DNA of 64,000 nucleotides from Escherichia coli (GTDB lineage Bacteria; Pseudomonadota; Gammaproteobacteria; Enterobacterales; Enterobacteriaceae): NCBI RefSeq assembly GCF_048403405.1, contig NZ_CP183129.1; one strand, 5' to 3'. Shown piece by piece: positions 1 to 13,602 of this stretch (position 1 is its first letter; each line of letters starts with the position of its first letter). The notes under the pieces were generated by a model. It saw only the letters and a program-made list of their open reading frames with translations, ran no database searches and was not told where the DNA came from. The position numbers and the translations under genes were made by a program.

Positions 1-401
1 GAGGTAGAAACAACACGTTTACCGTTAACTGTACGGATGTTTGCAGAATCAGCAGAAGCGGGAAAATGGCTGTATCAGTAGAATAAAAAAGAAGGCTGCG
101 ATGCCCCTCTTATTACTGCTGATGATGGTAGTGGTAAAGCATCATCCTGAACTTGAACAGTGAAGTGCTGTCACCCATCAGTAATACAGAAACACTATTT
201 TTCATACCAGTATTTATTCAATTCATCAATGTAAAATGTGTTCATTGGGCCATATTTATCACCATGCAGCCACACAACCGCTGCTCACTAACCCAGGTAT
301 TGATGAAACCGCGCTGAAGAGCCTGAACCCTGAACCTCTAACGAGTACCTTAAAAGTCCAATGCAATCCGACACTGTGCTACCCTCTGCGTATAGCTCTA
401 T

Positions 402-1052
402 TTGGAATTTACCATGAAATACTTTAGCGATTCTAAATCTTCTTTTAGAAAAAAACAGGTTAGTCGACTAAACTCGCAACACTCCACTAAGCGTAAACCT
501 GAAAACCAGCCCACGCGCGTGATCCTGTTCAATAAACCCTACGATGTTCTTCCGCAGTTCACCGATGAAGCCGGACGCAAAACATTAAAAGAATTCATCC
601 CGGTTCAGGGCGTTTATGCAGCAGGTCGTCTTGACCGCGATAGCGAAGGGTTACTGGTGCTGACCAATAACGGCGCGTTGCAGGCGCGTTTAACCCAGCC
701 GGGTAAACGCACCGGAAAAATCTATTATGTGCAGGTGGAAGGTATTCCCACACAAGACGCACTTGAAGCCTTGCGCAATGGCGTAACCTTAAATGATGGC
801 TCTACCCTGCCCGCAGGCGTAGAGCTGGTTGACGAACCCGCGTGGTTATGGCCGCGGAATCCACCAATTCGTGAACGCAAAAGTATTCCCACCAGCTGGC
901 TGAAGATCACCTTATATGAAGGACGTAATCGCCAGGTGCGCCGCATGACCGCCCATGTTGGTTTCCCCACGCTGCGACTGATTCGCTATGCGATGGGTGA
1001 TTACTCTTTGGATAATCTTGCCAACGGCGAATGGCGAGAAGCGACAGATTAA
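402..1052 (+). CDS. rluE: 23S rRNA pseudouridine synthase RluE (RsuA family)
   Basis: 216-aa ORF; RsuA/RluE-type core ([11 protein letters not shown] motif, KIYYVQVEG); conserved position upstream of nudJ-mnmA. Confidence 0.85.
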   Translation: MEFTMKYFSDSKSSFRKKQVSRLNSQHSTKRKPENQPTRVILFNKPYDVLPQFTDEAGRKTLKEFIPVQGVYAAGRLDRDSEGLLVLTNNGALQARLTQPGKRTGKIYYVQVEGIPTQDALEALRNGVTLNDGSTLPAGVELVDEPAWLWPRNPPIRERKSIPTSWLKITLYEGRNRQVRRMTAHVGFPTLRLIRYAMGDYSLDNLANGEWREATD

Positions 1053-1061
1053 GGACGCAAA

Positions 1062-2683
<1,622 letters not shown>

Positions 2684-2718
2684 TTATTATCTTTACTTAA
2701 AACAAGGAAGCAGTGAAC

Positions 2719-3360
2719 GTGGCAAAGAATTACTATGACATCACCCTCGCCCTAGCTGGTATTTGTCAGTCGGCACGCCTGGTGCAACAACTCGCTCACC
2801 AGGGGCATTGTGATGCCGATGCGCTACACGTCTCACTCAACAGTATTATTGATATGAACCCCAGCTCGACGCTGGCGGTTTTTGGCGGCAGCGAAGCCAA
2901 CCTGCGCGTCGGGCTGGAAACCTTGCTCGGCGTGCTCAATGCCAGCAGTCGCCAGGGCTTAAACGCTGAGTTAACCCGCTACACACTCAGCCTGATGGTG
3001 CTTGAGCGCAAACTCTCCTCAGCGAAAGGTGCGCTCGACACTCTGGGCAACCGGATCAACGGCCTGCAACGCCAGCTCGAACACTTCGATTTACAGTCCG
3101 AAACGCTGATGAGCGCGATGGCTGCTATCTATGTTGATGTGATTAGCCCGCTTGGCCCGCGCATTCAGGTAACCGGTTCCCCTGCTGTACTGCAAAGCCC
3201 ACAAGTGCAGGCGAAAGTTCGCGCAACCCTGCTGGCAGGCATTCGCGCCGCCGTGCTCTGGCACCAGGTTGGCGGCGGACGTCTGCAACTGATGTTTTCT
3301 CGTAATCGCCTGACCACTCAGGCAAAACAAATTCTTGCTCATTTAACCCCGGAGTTGTGA
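2719..3360 (+). CDS. hflD: high-frequency lysogenisation protein HflD
   Basis: ORF beginning (M)[20 protein letters not shown]; probable GTG start two codons inside the track ORF; synteny mnmA-hflD-purB. Confidence 0.8.
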   Translation: MAKNYYDITLALAGICQSARLVQQLAHQGHCDADALHVSLNSIIDMNPSSTLAVFGGSEANLRVGLETLLGVLNASSRQGLNAELTRYTLSLMVLERKLSSAKGALDTLGNRINGLQRQLEHFDLQSETLMSAMAAIYVDVISPLGPRIQVTGSPAVLQSPQVQAKVRATLLAGIRAAVLWHQVGGGRLQLMFSRNRLTTQAKQILAHLTPEL

Positions 3361-4734
<1,374 letters not shown>

Positions 4735-4825
4735 GCCTCAAAACAGTGCCGGATGGCGATGCTGTCCGGCCTGCTTATTAAGATTATCCACTTTTTATTT
4801 TTTCACTTTACCTCCCCTCCCCGCT

Positions 4826-4842
4826 GGTTTATTTAATGTTTA
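4826..4842 (+). promoter_or_regulatory. PhoP box (direct repeat GGTTTA-N5-TGTTTA) upstream of phoP
   Basis: Sequence GGTTTATTTAATGTTTA about 60 bp upstream of the phoP start matches the (T/G)GTTTA-N5-(T/G)GTTTA PhoP-box architecture. Confidence 0.5.
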
Positions 4843-4903
4843 CCCCCATAACCACATAATCGCGTTACACTATTTTAATAATTAAGACAGGGAGAAATAA
4901 AAA

Positions 4904-5575
4904 ATGCGCGTACTGGTTGTTGAAGACAATGCGTTGTTACGTCACCATCTTAAAGTTCAGATTCAGGATGCTGGTCATCAGGTCGATGACGCAGAAGATG
5001 CCAAAGAAGCCGATTATTATCTCAATGAACATTTACCGGATATTGCGATTGTCGATCTCGGTTTGCCTGACGAGGACGGTCTGTCACTGATTCGCCGCTG
5101 GCGTAGCAATGATGTTTCACTGCCGATTCTGGTATTAACCGCCCGTGAAAGCTGGCAGGACAAAGTCGAAGTATTAAGTGCTGGCGCTGATGATTACGTG
5201 ACTAAACCATTTCATATTGAAGAGGTGATGGCGCGAATGCAGGCATTAATGCGGCGTAATAGCGGTCTGGCTTCACAGGTCATTTCGCTACCACCGTTTC
5301 AGGTTGATCTCTCTCGCCGTGAATTATCTATTAATGACGAAGTGATCAAACTGACCGCGTTCGAATACACCATTATGGAAACGTTGATACGCAATAATGG
5401 CAAAGTGGTGAGCAAAGATTCGTTAATGCTCCAACTCTATCCGGATGCGGAGCTGCGGGAAAGCCATACCATTGATGTACTGATGGGACGTCTGCGCAAA
5501 AAAATTCAGGCACAATATCCGCAAGAAGTGATTACCACCGTTCGCGGCCAGGGCTATCTGTTCGAATTGCGCTGA
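4904..5575 (+). CDS. phoP: response regulator PhoP
   Basis: 223-aa OmpR-family regulator (receiver domain MRVLVVEDN...D...; winged-helix C-terminus); overlaps phoQ start. Confidence 0.9.
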   Translation: MRVLVVEDNALLRHHLKVQIQDAGHQVDDAEDAKEADYYLNEHLPDIAIVDLGLPDEDGLSLIRRWRSNDVSLPILVLTARESWQDKVEVLSAGADDYVTKPFHIEEVMARMQALMRRNSGLASQVISLPPFQVDLSRRELSINDEVIKLTAFEYTIMETLIRNNGKVVSKDSLMLQLYPDAELRESHTIDVLMGRLRKKIQAQYPQEVITTVRGQGYLFELR

Positions 5576-7035
5576 TGAAAAAATTACTGCGTCTTTTTTT
5601 CCCGCTCTCGCTGCGGGTACGTTTTCTGTTGGCAACGGCAGCGGTAGTACTGGTGCTTTCGCTTGCCTACGGAATGGTCGCGCTGATCGGTTATAGCGTC
5701 AGTTTCGATAAAACTACGTTTCGGCTGTTACGTGGCGAGAGCAATCTGTTCTATACCCTTGCGAAGTGGGAAAACAATAAGTTGCATGTCGAGTTACCCG
5801 AAAATATCGACAAGCAAAGCCCCACTATGACGCTAATTTATGATGAGAACGGGCAGCTTTTATGGGCGCAACGTGACGTGCCCTGGCTGATGAAGATGAT
5901 CCAGCCTGACTGGCTGAAATCGAATGGTTTTCATGAAATTGAAGCGGATGTTAACGATACCAGCCTCTTGCTGAGTGGAGATCATTCGATACAGCAACAG
6001 TTGCAGGAAGTGCGGGAAGATGATGACGACGCGGAGATGACCCACTCGGTGGCGGTAAACGTCTACCCGGCAACATCGCGGATGCCAAAGTTGACCATTG
6101 TGGTGGTGGATACCATTCCGGTGGAGCTAAAAAGTTCCTATATGGTCTGGAGCTGGTTTATCTATGTGCTCTCAGCCAATCTGCTGTTAGTGATCCCGCT
6201 GCTGTGGGTCGCCGCCTGGTGGAGTTTACGCCCCATCGAAGCCCTGGCAAAAGAAGTCCGCGAACTGGAAGAACATAACCGCGAATTGCTCAATCCAGCC
6301 ACAACGCGAGAACTGACCAGTCTGGTACGAAACCTGAACCGATTGTTAAAAAGTGAACGCGAACGTTACGACAAATATCGTACGACGCTCACCGACCTGA
6401 CCCATAGTCTGAAAACGCCACTGGCGGTGCTGCAAAGTACGCTGCGTTCTCTGCGTAGTGAGAAGATGAGCGTCAGTGATGCTGAACCGGTAATGCTGGA
6501 GCAAATCAGCCGCATTTCACAGCAAATTGGCTACTACCTGCATCGTGCCAGTATGCGCGGCGGGACATTGCTCAGCCGCGAGCTGCATCCGGTCGCCCCA
6601 CTGCTGGACAATCTCACCTCGGCGCTGAACAAAGTGTATCAACGCAAAGGGGTCAATATCTCTCTCGATATTTCGCCAGAGATCAGCTTTGTCGGTGAGC
6701 AGAACGATTTTGTCGAGGTGATGGGCAACGTGCTGGATAATGCCTGTAAATATTGCCTCGAGTTTGTCGAAATATCTGCAAGGCAAACAGACGAGCATCT
6801 CTATATTGTGGTCGAGGATGATGGCCCCGGTATTCCATTAAGCAAGCGAGAGGTCATTTTCGACCGTGGTCAACGGGTTGATACTTTACGCCCTGGGCAA
6901 GGTGTAGGGCTGGCGGTAGCCCGCGAAATCACCGAGCAATATGAGGGTAAAATCGTCGCCGGAGAGAGCATGCTGGGCGGTGCGCGGATGGAGGTGATTT
7001 TTGGTCGCCAGCATTCTGCGCCGAAAGATGAATAA
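5575..7035 (+). CDS. phoQ: sensor histidine kinase PhoQ
   Basis: 486-aa ORF with two TM segments, acidic periplasmic patch (EDDDDAE), H-box ([12 protein letters not shown]) and ATPase G-boxes. Confidence 0.9.
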   Translation: MKKLLRLFFPLSLRVRFLLATAAVVLVLSLAYGMVALIGYSVSFDKTTFRLLRGESNLFYTLAKWENNKLHVELPENIDKQSPTMTLIYDENGQLLWAQRDVPWLMKMIQPDWLKSNGFHEIEADVNDTSLLLSGDHSIQQQLQEVREDDDDAEMTHSVAVNVYPATSRMPKLTIVVVDTIPVELKSSYMVWSWFIYVLSANLLLVIPLLWVAAWWSLRPIEALAKEVRELEEHNRELLNPATTRELTSLVRNLNRLLKSERERYDKYRTTLTDLTHSLKTPLAVLQSTLRSLRSEKMSVSDAEPVMLEQISRISQQIGYYLHRASMRGGTLLSRELHPVAPLLDNLTSALNKVYQRKGVNISLDISPEISFVGEQNDFVEVMGNVLDNACKYCLEFVEISARQTDEHLYIVVEDDGPGIPLSKREVIFDRGQRVDTLRPGQGVGLAVAREITEQYEGKIVAGESMLGGARMEVIFGRQHSAPKDE

Positions 7036-7110
7036 ATATGTCCATACTTCACGCATTACGTTAAGCATCCGTTATAATCGGTTGCAGATACCAGCCTGTG
7101 GATGCTTAAC

Positions 7111-8232
7111 ATGGAATACCAACTCACTCTTAACTGGCCCGATTTTCTTGAACGTCACTGGCAGAAACGTCCGGTGGTGTTAAAACGCGGCTTTAATAAT
7201 TTTATTGACCCGATCTCTCCAGACGAGTTGGCGGGTTTGGCGATGGAAAGCGAAGTCGACAGTCGACTGGTCAGTCACCAGGATGGCAAATGGCAGGTCA
7301 GCCACGGCCCGTTCGAAAGCTACGATCATCTCGGTGAAACTAACTGGTCATTGTTAGTGCAGGCAGTGAACCACTGGCATGAGCCGACCGCCGCGCTGAT
7401 GCGACCGTTCCGTGAACTACCGGACTGGCGTATTGATGATCTGATGATCTCTTTTTCTGTACCTGGCGGCGGCGTCGGCCCGCATCTCGATCAGTACGAC
7501 GTGTTTATCATTCAGGGTACCGGACGTCGTCGCTGGCGAGTGGGCGAAAAGCTGCAAATGAAACAGCACTGCCCACATCCGGATCTGTTACAGGTCGATC
7601 CGTTCGAAGCCATCATCGATGAAGAGCTGGAGCCTGGCGATATCCTTTATATTCCGCCAGGATTCCCGCATGAAGGCTACGCGCTGGAAAATGCAATGAA
7701 CTATTCCGTGGGTTTTCGCGCGCCAAATACGCGGGAACTGATTAGCGGATTTGCCGATTATGTGCTGCAACGTGAACTGGGCGGCAACTACTACAGCGAT
7801 CCGGATGTTCCACCTCGCGCTCATCCTGCGGACGTTCTGCCGCAAGAGATGGATAAACTGCGTGAGATGATGCTCGAATTGATCAACCAGCCGGAACACT
7901 TTAAGCAATGGTTTGGCGAGTTTATATCCCAGTCACGTCATGAACTGGATATCGCGCCGCCAGAGCCGCCTTATCAGCCGGATGAAATCTACGATGCGCT
8001 GAAACAAGGTGATGTGCTGGTGCGCCTGGGTGGTCTGCGCGTATTGCGCATTGGCGACGACGTGTATGCCAATGGTGAGAAGATCGATTCCCCACACCGT
8101 CCGGCACTGGATGCGCTCGCCAGCAACATTGCGCTGACCGCGGAGAATTTTGGTGATGCACTGGAAGATCCGTCATTCCTCGCGATGCTCGCGGCGCTGG
8201 TCAATAGCGGATACTGGTTCTTCGAAGGGTAA
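7111..8232 (+). CDS. roxA: ribosomal protein-arginine oxygenase RoxA (YcfD), JmjC/cupin
   Basis: ORF starting MEYQLTLNWPDFLERHWQKRP; HxD...H iron-binding pattern; position between phoQ and pepT. Confidence 0.8.
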   Translation: MEYQLTLNWPDFLERHWQKRPVVLKRGFNNFIDPISPDELAGLAMESEVDSRLVSHQDGKWQVSHGPFESYDHLGETNWSLLVQAVNHWHEPTAALMRPFRELPDWRIDDLMISFSVPGGGVGPHLDQYDVFIIQGTGRRRWRVGEKLQMKQHCPHPDLLQVDPFEAIIDEELEPGDILYIPPGFPHEGYALENAMNYSVGFRAPNTRELISGFADYVLQRELGGNYYSDPDVPPRAHPADVLPQEMDKLREMMLELINQPEHFKQWFGEFISQSRHELDIAPPEPPYQPDEIYDALKQGDVLVRLGGLRVLRIGDDVYANGEKIDSPHRPALDALASNIALTAENFGDALEDPSFLAMLAALVNSGYWFFEG

Positions 8233-8244
8233 GTTTGGATTTAA

Positions 8245-8278
8245 GCCGGATGCGGCATCACATGCCGCATCCCTTTTC
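8245..8278. terminator. bidirectional intrinsic terminator between convergent roxA and pepT
   Basis: Palindrome GGATGCGGCATCACATGCCGCATCC followed by CTTTTCGC. Confidence 0.5.
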
Positions 8279-8280
8279 GC

Positions 8281-9507
8281 TTACTTCCGTTGCGCCGTCA
8301 ACTCGGCAATACGGACGATCACCTGCACCGCTTTTTCCATACCTTCCAGAGTCACAAACTCATGCTTACCATGATAGTTGTAACCGCCAGTGAACAGGTT
8401 CGGGCACGGTAATCCCATAAACGACAACTGCGCGCCGTCGGTACCGCCGCGGATCGGTTTCAGTTCCGGTTCAATATCGCAGTCACGCATCGCCTGCTGG
8501 GCGATATCGAGAATATGCGGATGCTCAACCACTTTCTCGCGCATATTGTAGTAACTGTCTTCAATCACCAGTTCAATGTAGCAATCAGGATGTAACCCTT
8601 TGCCCACTTTTTTGGCGATCTCCATCATTTTACGTTTACGCGCTTCAAACTGTTTACGGTCGAAATCACGGATGATGTAGTGCATATCGGCCCGTTCAAC
8701 GGTGCCTTTCATGCTCGCCAGGTGATAGAAACCTTCATAGCCTTCTGTCATTTCCGGGCTTTCATCCGCCGGAACTTCCGCATGAATACGTGCCGCCAGC
8801 GACAGCGCATTTACCATCACTCCTTTCGCCGTGCCCGGGTGAACATTGTTACCGACAATTTTGATATTGACCGACGCGGCGTTGAAGTTTTCAAACTCCA
8901 GTTCGCCTACGCCACCACCATCAACGGTGTAAGCCCAGCGGGCGTCGAAGGCGTCAACATCAAAATGTTTCGCCCCTTTGCCCACTTCTTCATCCGGGGT
9001 AAAGGCGACGCGAATATCACCATGCGGAATGTTTTTCTGTTGCAATACCGCCAGCGCGGTCATGATTTCTGCAATACCTGCTTTGTCATCGGCACCTAAC
9101 AAGGTTTTACCATCGGTGGTAATCAGCGTCTGACCCAGTAGCTGATGCAGCACCGGGAACATAACCGGTGATAAAACTTCATCGCCGATACCCAGCGCAA
9201 TATCGCCACCGCGATAGTTTTCAACAATTTGCGGATTCACATTTTTGCCGCTGCAATCCGGTGAGGTATCCACATGAGAAATAAAGCCAATCGCCGGGAT
9301 ATCGCCAGGGACGTTAGCCGGTAACGTCGCCATCAAAGTGCCCTTCTCACTTAAGGTCACATTGATAAGCCCCATCTCTTCGAGCTGCTCTTTCAGCAGA
9401 TGCAATAACTTCCATTGGCCTTCCGTGCTGGGAACCTGTCTCACCCCTGCTTTTGATTGGGTATCCAGAGACACGTAGTTCAAAAATCGCTCAAGTAGTT
9501 TATCCAT
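8281..9507 (-). CDS. pepT: peptidase T (tripeptide aminopeptidase)
   Basis: M20-family sequence; start placed at internal ATG ([16 protein letters not shown]) giving 408 aa. Confidence 0.9.
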   Translation of the reverse strand: MDKLLERFLNYVSLDTQSKAGVRQVPSTEGQWKLLHLLKEQLEEMGLINVTLSEKGTLMATLPANVPGDIPAIGFISHVDTSPDCSGKNVNPQIVENYRGGDIALGIGDEVLSPVMFPVLHQLLGQTLITTDGKTLLGADDKAGIAEIMTALAVLQQKNIPHGDIRVAFTPDEEVGKGAKHFDVDAFDARWAYTVDGGGVGELEFENFNAASVNIKIVGNNVHPGTAKGVMVNALSLAARIHAEVPADESPEMTEGYEGFYHLASMKGTVERADMHYIIRDFDRKQFEARKRKMMEIAKKVGKGLHPDCYIELVIEDSYYNMREKVVEHPHILDIAQQAMRDCDIEPELKPIRGGTDGAQLSFMGLPCPNLFTGGYNYHGKHEFVTLEGMEKAVQVIVRIAELTAQRK

Positions 9508-9756
9508 GTAGTCACCCTCACTTTTTGTGACAACATTATTAAGAAGCAAGAAAAGACAAATATTGCGTCAGGTCACTTTTACCCCTGCAAGCGGGAATAT
9601 TTATCAGCATTACCTTAATGAATATAAAGCTAAGCCAGTAATTCACAACAAAGATTGGCGATTCAAGCGGTTTGCCGTAGAATTACCGCCCTCATTAAGA
9701 GTCACCAAGGTGGTTAACCACAAACCCCGCATCGGTAAGCCATCCGTTGCGTTTAC

Positions 9757-10893
9757 ATGGGACAGAGTAAAAAATTGAATAAACAACCGAGTTCGCTTTC
9801 ACCGCTGGTGCAATTGGCGGGAATTCGCAAATGCTTTGATGGTAAAGAGGTCATTCCCCAGCTGGATCTGACTATCAACAATGGCGAGTTCCTCACGCTG
9901 CTTGGCCCTTCTGGCTGCGGTAAAACAACCGTTCTTCGCCTGATTGCAGGTCTGGAAACTGTTGATTCCGGACGCATCATGCTGGATAACGAGGACATCA
10001 CCCACGTTCCGGCGGAAAACCGCTATGTGAACACTGTTTTCCAAAGCTACGCACTTTTCCCCCACATGACCGTGTTCGAAAATGTGGCCTTTGGGTTACG
10101 CATGCAAAAAACCCCCGCTGCTGAAATTACGCCCCGCGTGATGGAAGCCCTGCGGATGGTGCAGCTGGAAACCTTCGCTCAACGTAAACCGCATCAGCTT
10201 TCTGGTGGTCAACAGCAACGCGTCGCCATTGCTCGCGCGGTGGTTAACAAGCCTCGTCTGTTGTTGCTGGATGAGTCGCTCTCAGCGCTGGATTACAAAC
10301 TGCGCAAACAGATGCAGAACGAGCTGAAAGCGCTACAGCGTAAGCTTGGCATTACATTCGTCTTCGTGACTCACGATCAGGAAGAAGCACTCACCATGTC
10401 GGACAGGATTGTGGTGATGCGCGATGGTCGCATTGAGCAAGACGGCACGCCGCGTGAAATCTACGAAGAGCCGAAAAACCTGTTTGTTGCTGGGTTTATT
10501 GGCGAAATCAATATGTTTAACGCCACTGTCATCGAACGTCTCGACGAGCAGCGCGTACGCGCCAACGTTGAAGGCCGCGAATGTAATATCTACGTTAACT
10601 TCGCCGTTGAACCGGGGCAAAAACTGCATGTTCTGCTGCGCCCGGAAGACTTACGTGTTGAAGAGATTAACGACGACAACCACGCTGAAGGGCTGATTGG
10701 TTACGTTCGCGAGCGTAACTACAAAGGCATGACGCTGGAGTCGGTTGTTGAACTGGAAAATGGCAAGATGGTGATGGTCAGCGAATTCTTCAATGAAGAC
10801 GACCCTGACTTTGACCACTCTCTCGACCAAAAAATGGCCATTAATTGGGTAGAAAGCTGGGAGGTCGTACTGGCTGATGAAGAACACAAGTAA
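9757..10893 (+). CDS. potA: spermidine/putrescine ABC transporter ATPase PotA
   Basis: Walker A (GPSGCGKT), ABC signature (LSGGQQQRV), Walker B (LLLDE). Confidence 0.9.
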
Positions 10894-11740
10894 GTTCCAG
10901 AATGTAGTGATTGTCACTATTGTCGGTTGGCTTGTGTTGTTTGTCTTTCTGCCCAACCTGATGATCATTGGCACCAGCTTTTTGACCCGCGACGACGCCA
11001 GTTTCGTCAAAATGGTCTTTACGCTGGATAACTACACGCGTCTGCTCGATCCGCTCTATTTTGAAGTGCTATTGCACTCGCTGAATATGGCGCTGATCGC
11101 CACCCTCGCCTGCCTGGTGCTGGGCTTTCCTTTTGCCTGGTTTCTGGCGAAGTTGCCACACAAGGTGCGTCCGCTGCTGCTGTTTCTGCTGATTGTTCCG
11201 TTCTGGACCAACTCATTGATTCGTATCTACGGGCTGAAAATTTTCCTCAGCACCAAAGGCTATCTCAACGAGTTTTTGCTCTGGCTGGGCGTTATCGATA
11301 CACCAATTCGCATCATGTTCACACCCAGTGCGGTGATTATCGGTCTGGTTTACATTCTGCTGCCGTTTATGGTGATGCCGCTGTACTCCAGTATCGAAAA
11401 ACTGGATAAGCCGTTGCTGGAGGCGGCGCGCGATCTCGGTGCCAGCAAGTTGCAGACCTTTATCCGCATCATTATCCCACTGACGATGCCGGGGATTATT
11501 GCCGGATGCTTGTTGGTGATGCTGCCAGCGATGGGCCTGTTCTATGTGTCCGACCTGATGGGCGGTGCGAAAAACCTGCTGATCGGTAACGTCATCAAAG
11601 TACAGTTCCTCAATATTCGTGACTGGCCGTTTGGTGCAGCCACCAGCATTACGCTGACTATCGTAATGGGCCTGATGTTGCTGGTTTACTGGCGCGCTTC
11701 TCGCTTGCTGAATAAGAAGGTGAGCGAATTAGATGATTAA
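10877..11740 (+). CDS. potB: spermidine/putrescine ABC transporter permease PotB; last codons supplied by prophage DNA
   Basis: Multi-TM permease ORF; C-terminus ...[11 protein letters not shown] differs from the ...LMNKKVELE end still present at 60152-60184 next to potC. Confidence 0.85.
11709..11722. other. attL core (TGAATAAGAAGGTG)
   Basis: 14-bp sequence identical to 60163-60176; lies in the last codons of potB. Confidence 0.6.
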
Positions 11741-11971
11741 TCCTTTATATTCAATGCATTAAGTTTGTTTTTGAGTGGTTTTGCCGTTTAAGGTAACGGC
11801 GTTATAGATCCTATCAAAATCAATCAATTCCATTCTGGTTTTGGAGAAAGATTTTTCGAGAGCTTCGGTCTTTAACTAAAACTGATTGCGTATAATCCCA
11901 ATACCCCTCCCCGACTATCTGAATGGTCGGGGAGGCACTTCAAGCACAAAATATCATCCCTGCGCCGTTGA

Positions 11972-12238
11972 TTACTCTGCAGGTGAAGTCGGCCACTCAA
12001 TATCAGGTGCAGTTGATGTATCAACACGATTCAACAATACCCGATATTTATTCCATGCCTCCAGCAACGATCTTTCTTCCGCCGTTGCGATTTCCAGATC
12101 TACAGCATCCTGCAGTGGCGCAATATACTCACTGAATTCCTGGATGTGGAACTGTGTGGTGACGGTCTTCCAGTCATTCGGCTCCTGCTGTATCGAAGCA
12201 TACCAGGCTATTTCAATATCGCTATGCTGCGGCAGCAT
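11972..12238 (-). pseudogene. tail fiber assembly protein, C-terminal fragment (duplicate of tfa 3' end)
   Basis: 88-aa ORF closely similar to the C-terminus of the Tfa at 13018-13602 ([45 protein letters not shown]). Confidence 0.5.
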
Positions 12239-12294
12239 TTAACCCCTTGTAATTCATCGCCATAATTGATTTAATTCACAAATAAAACTATAAC

Positions 12295-12963
12295 ATGGTG
12301 AAATCAATGAAAAAAAACACAGATGATGGGGCTAAAATTTACACACCACTTACCCTAAAGCTTTATGACTGGTGGGTTTTGGGAGTATCAAATCGGCTTG
12401 CATGGGGATGTCCTACAAAGGAACACCTTCTTCCACACTTTCTGGAACATGTAGGTAACAACCATCTGGATATTGGTGTTGGAACTGGGTTTTACCTTAC
12501 TCACGTACCTGAGAGTAGTCTGATATCTTTAATGGATTTGAACGAAGCTAGCCTGAACGCGGCATCTACAAGGGCTGGGGAATCAAAAATTAAACATAAA
12601 ATTAGCCATGATGTTTTTGAACCTTATCCCGCGGCGTTACATGGTCAATTTGATTCCATTTCCATGTTTTACCTTCTTCACTGCCTGCCTGGAAATATAT
12701 CTACAAAAAGCTGTGTAATACGCAATGCGGCGCAGGCCTTAACTGACGATGGAACTCTATACGGAGCCACAATTCTTGGCGATGGAGTTGTGCACAATAG
12801 CTTCGGTCAAAAACTGATGCGCATTTACAATCAGAAAGGCATCTTTTCAAACACAAAAGATTCCGAAGAAGGCTTAACACATATACTCTCAGAGCATTTC
12901 GAGAATGTTAAAACCAAGGTTCAAGGTACTGTAGTAATGTTTTCCGCTTCAGGGAAAAAATAG
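12295..12963 (+). CDS. class I SAM-dependent methyltransferase-like protein (moron between tfa copies)
   Basis: 222-aa ORF with SAM-binding motif I (LDIGVGTGFY); AT-rich; arrangement resembles the methyltransferase-like ORF between tfa genes in DLP12 (recalled, unverified). Confidence 0.6.
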   Translation: MVKSMKKNTDDGAKIYTPLTLKLYDWWVLGVSNRLAWGCPTKEHLLPHFLEHVGNNHLDIGVGTGFYLTHVPESSLISLMDLNEASLNAASTRAGESKIKHKISHDVFEPYPAALHGQFDSISMFYLLHCLPGNISTKSCVIRNAAQALTDDGTLYGATILGDGVVHNSFGQKLMRIYNQKGIFSNTKDSEEGLTHILSEHFENVKTKVQGTVVMFSASGKK

Positions 12964-13017
12964 CATCCAACCGCAGCACGTTCTTGCTTAAGACGTGCTG
13001 CGGCATAATCCCAATGA

Positions 13018-13602
13018 TTACTCCCTGACAGGGTTCGTAGGCCACTCAATATCAGGTGCAGTTGATGTATCAACACGGTTCAGCAACACCCGATACTTTT
13101 TCCAGGCTTCCAGCAATGAGGTTTCTTCCTCCGTTGCAATTTCCAGATCTGCAGCATCCTGAAGCGGCGCAATATGCTCACTGGCTACCTGCATCAGGTT
13201 GTTTTTTGTTTCTTCCGCCTCCCGGATCCGGAACAGTTTTTCTGCTTCCGTATCCTTCACCCAGGCTGTGCCGTTCCACTTCTGAAACTCCCCTTCCGGC
13301 GATAACCAGGTAACATTTTCCGGTAACGGACCGAGTTCAGAAATAAATAACTCGTCCCCTGACGCTACGTCATAAACCGTTTTCCCCCGATGGTCTTCAA
13401 CGAGATGCCACGATGCCTCATCACTGTTGAAAACAGCCACAAAGCCAGCAGGAATATCTGGTGGTGCAATATCGGTACTGTTTGCTGGCAGACCTGTATG
13501 AGGCGGAATATATGCGTCACCTTCACCAATAAATTCATTAGTTCCGGCCAGCAGATTATAAATTTTTATGGTCCGTGCTTGTTCACTCATTCTGAATGCC
13601 AT
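13018..13602 (-). CDS. tfa: tail fiber assembly protein Tfa
   Basis: 194-aa ORF immediately downstream of stf with conserved Tfa C-terminal region. Confidence 0.8.
   Translation of the reverse strand: MAFRMSEQARTIKIYNLLAGTNEFIGEGDAYIPPHTGLPANSTDIAPPDIPAGFVAVFNSDEASWHLVEDHRGKTVYDVASGDELFISELGPLPENVTWLSPEGEFQKWNGTAWVKDTEAEKLFRIREAEETKNNLMQVASEHIAPLQDAADLEIATEEETSLLEAWKKYRVLLNRVDTSTAPDIEWPTNPVRE

Noticed and set aside
9508-9756. Small RNA or ORF (track ORF 9527-9778) in the pepT-potA divergent intergenic region
   Set aside because: Considered whether a PhoP-regulated sRNA sits here, but found no PhoP box or promoter-terminator pair; the 83-aa ORF has no RBS or coding-like composition. Left uncalled
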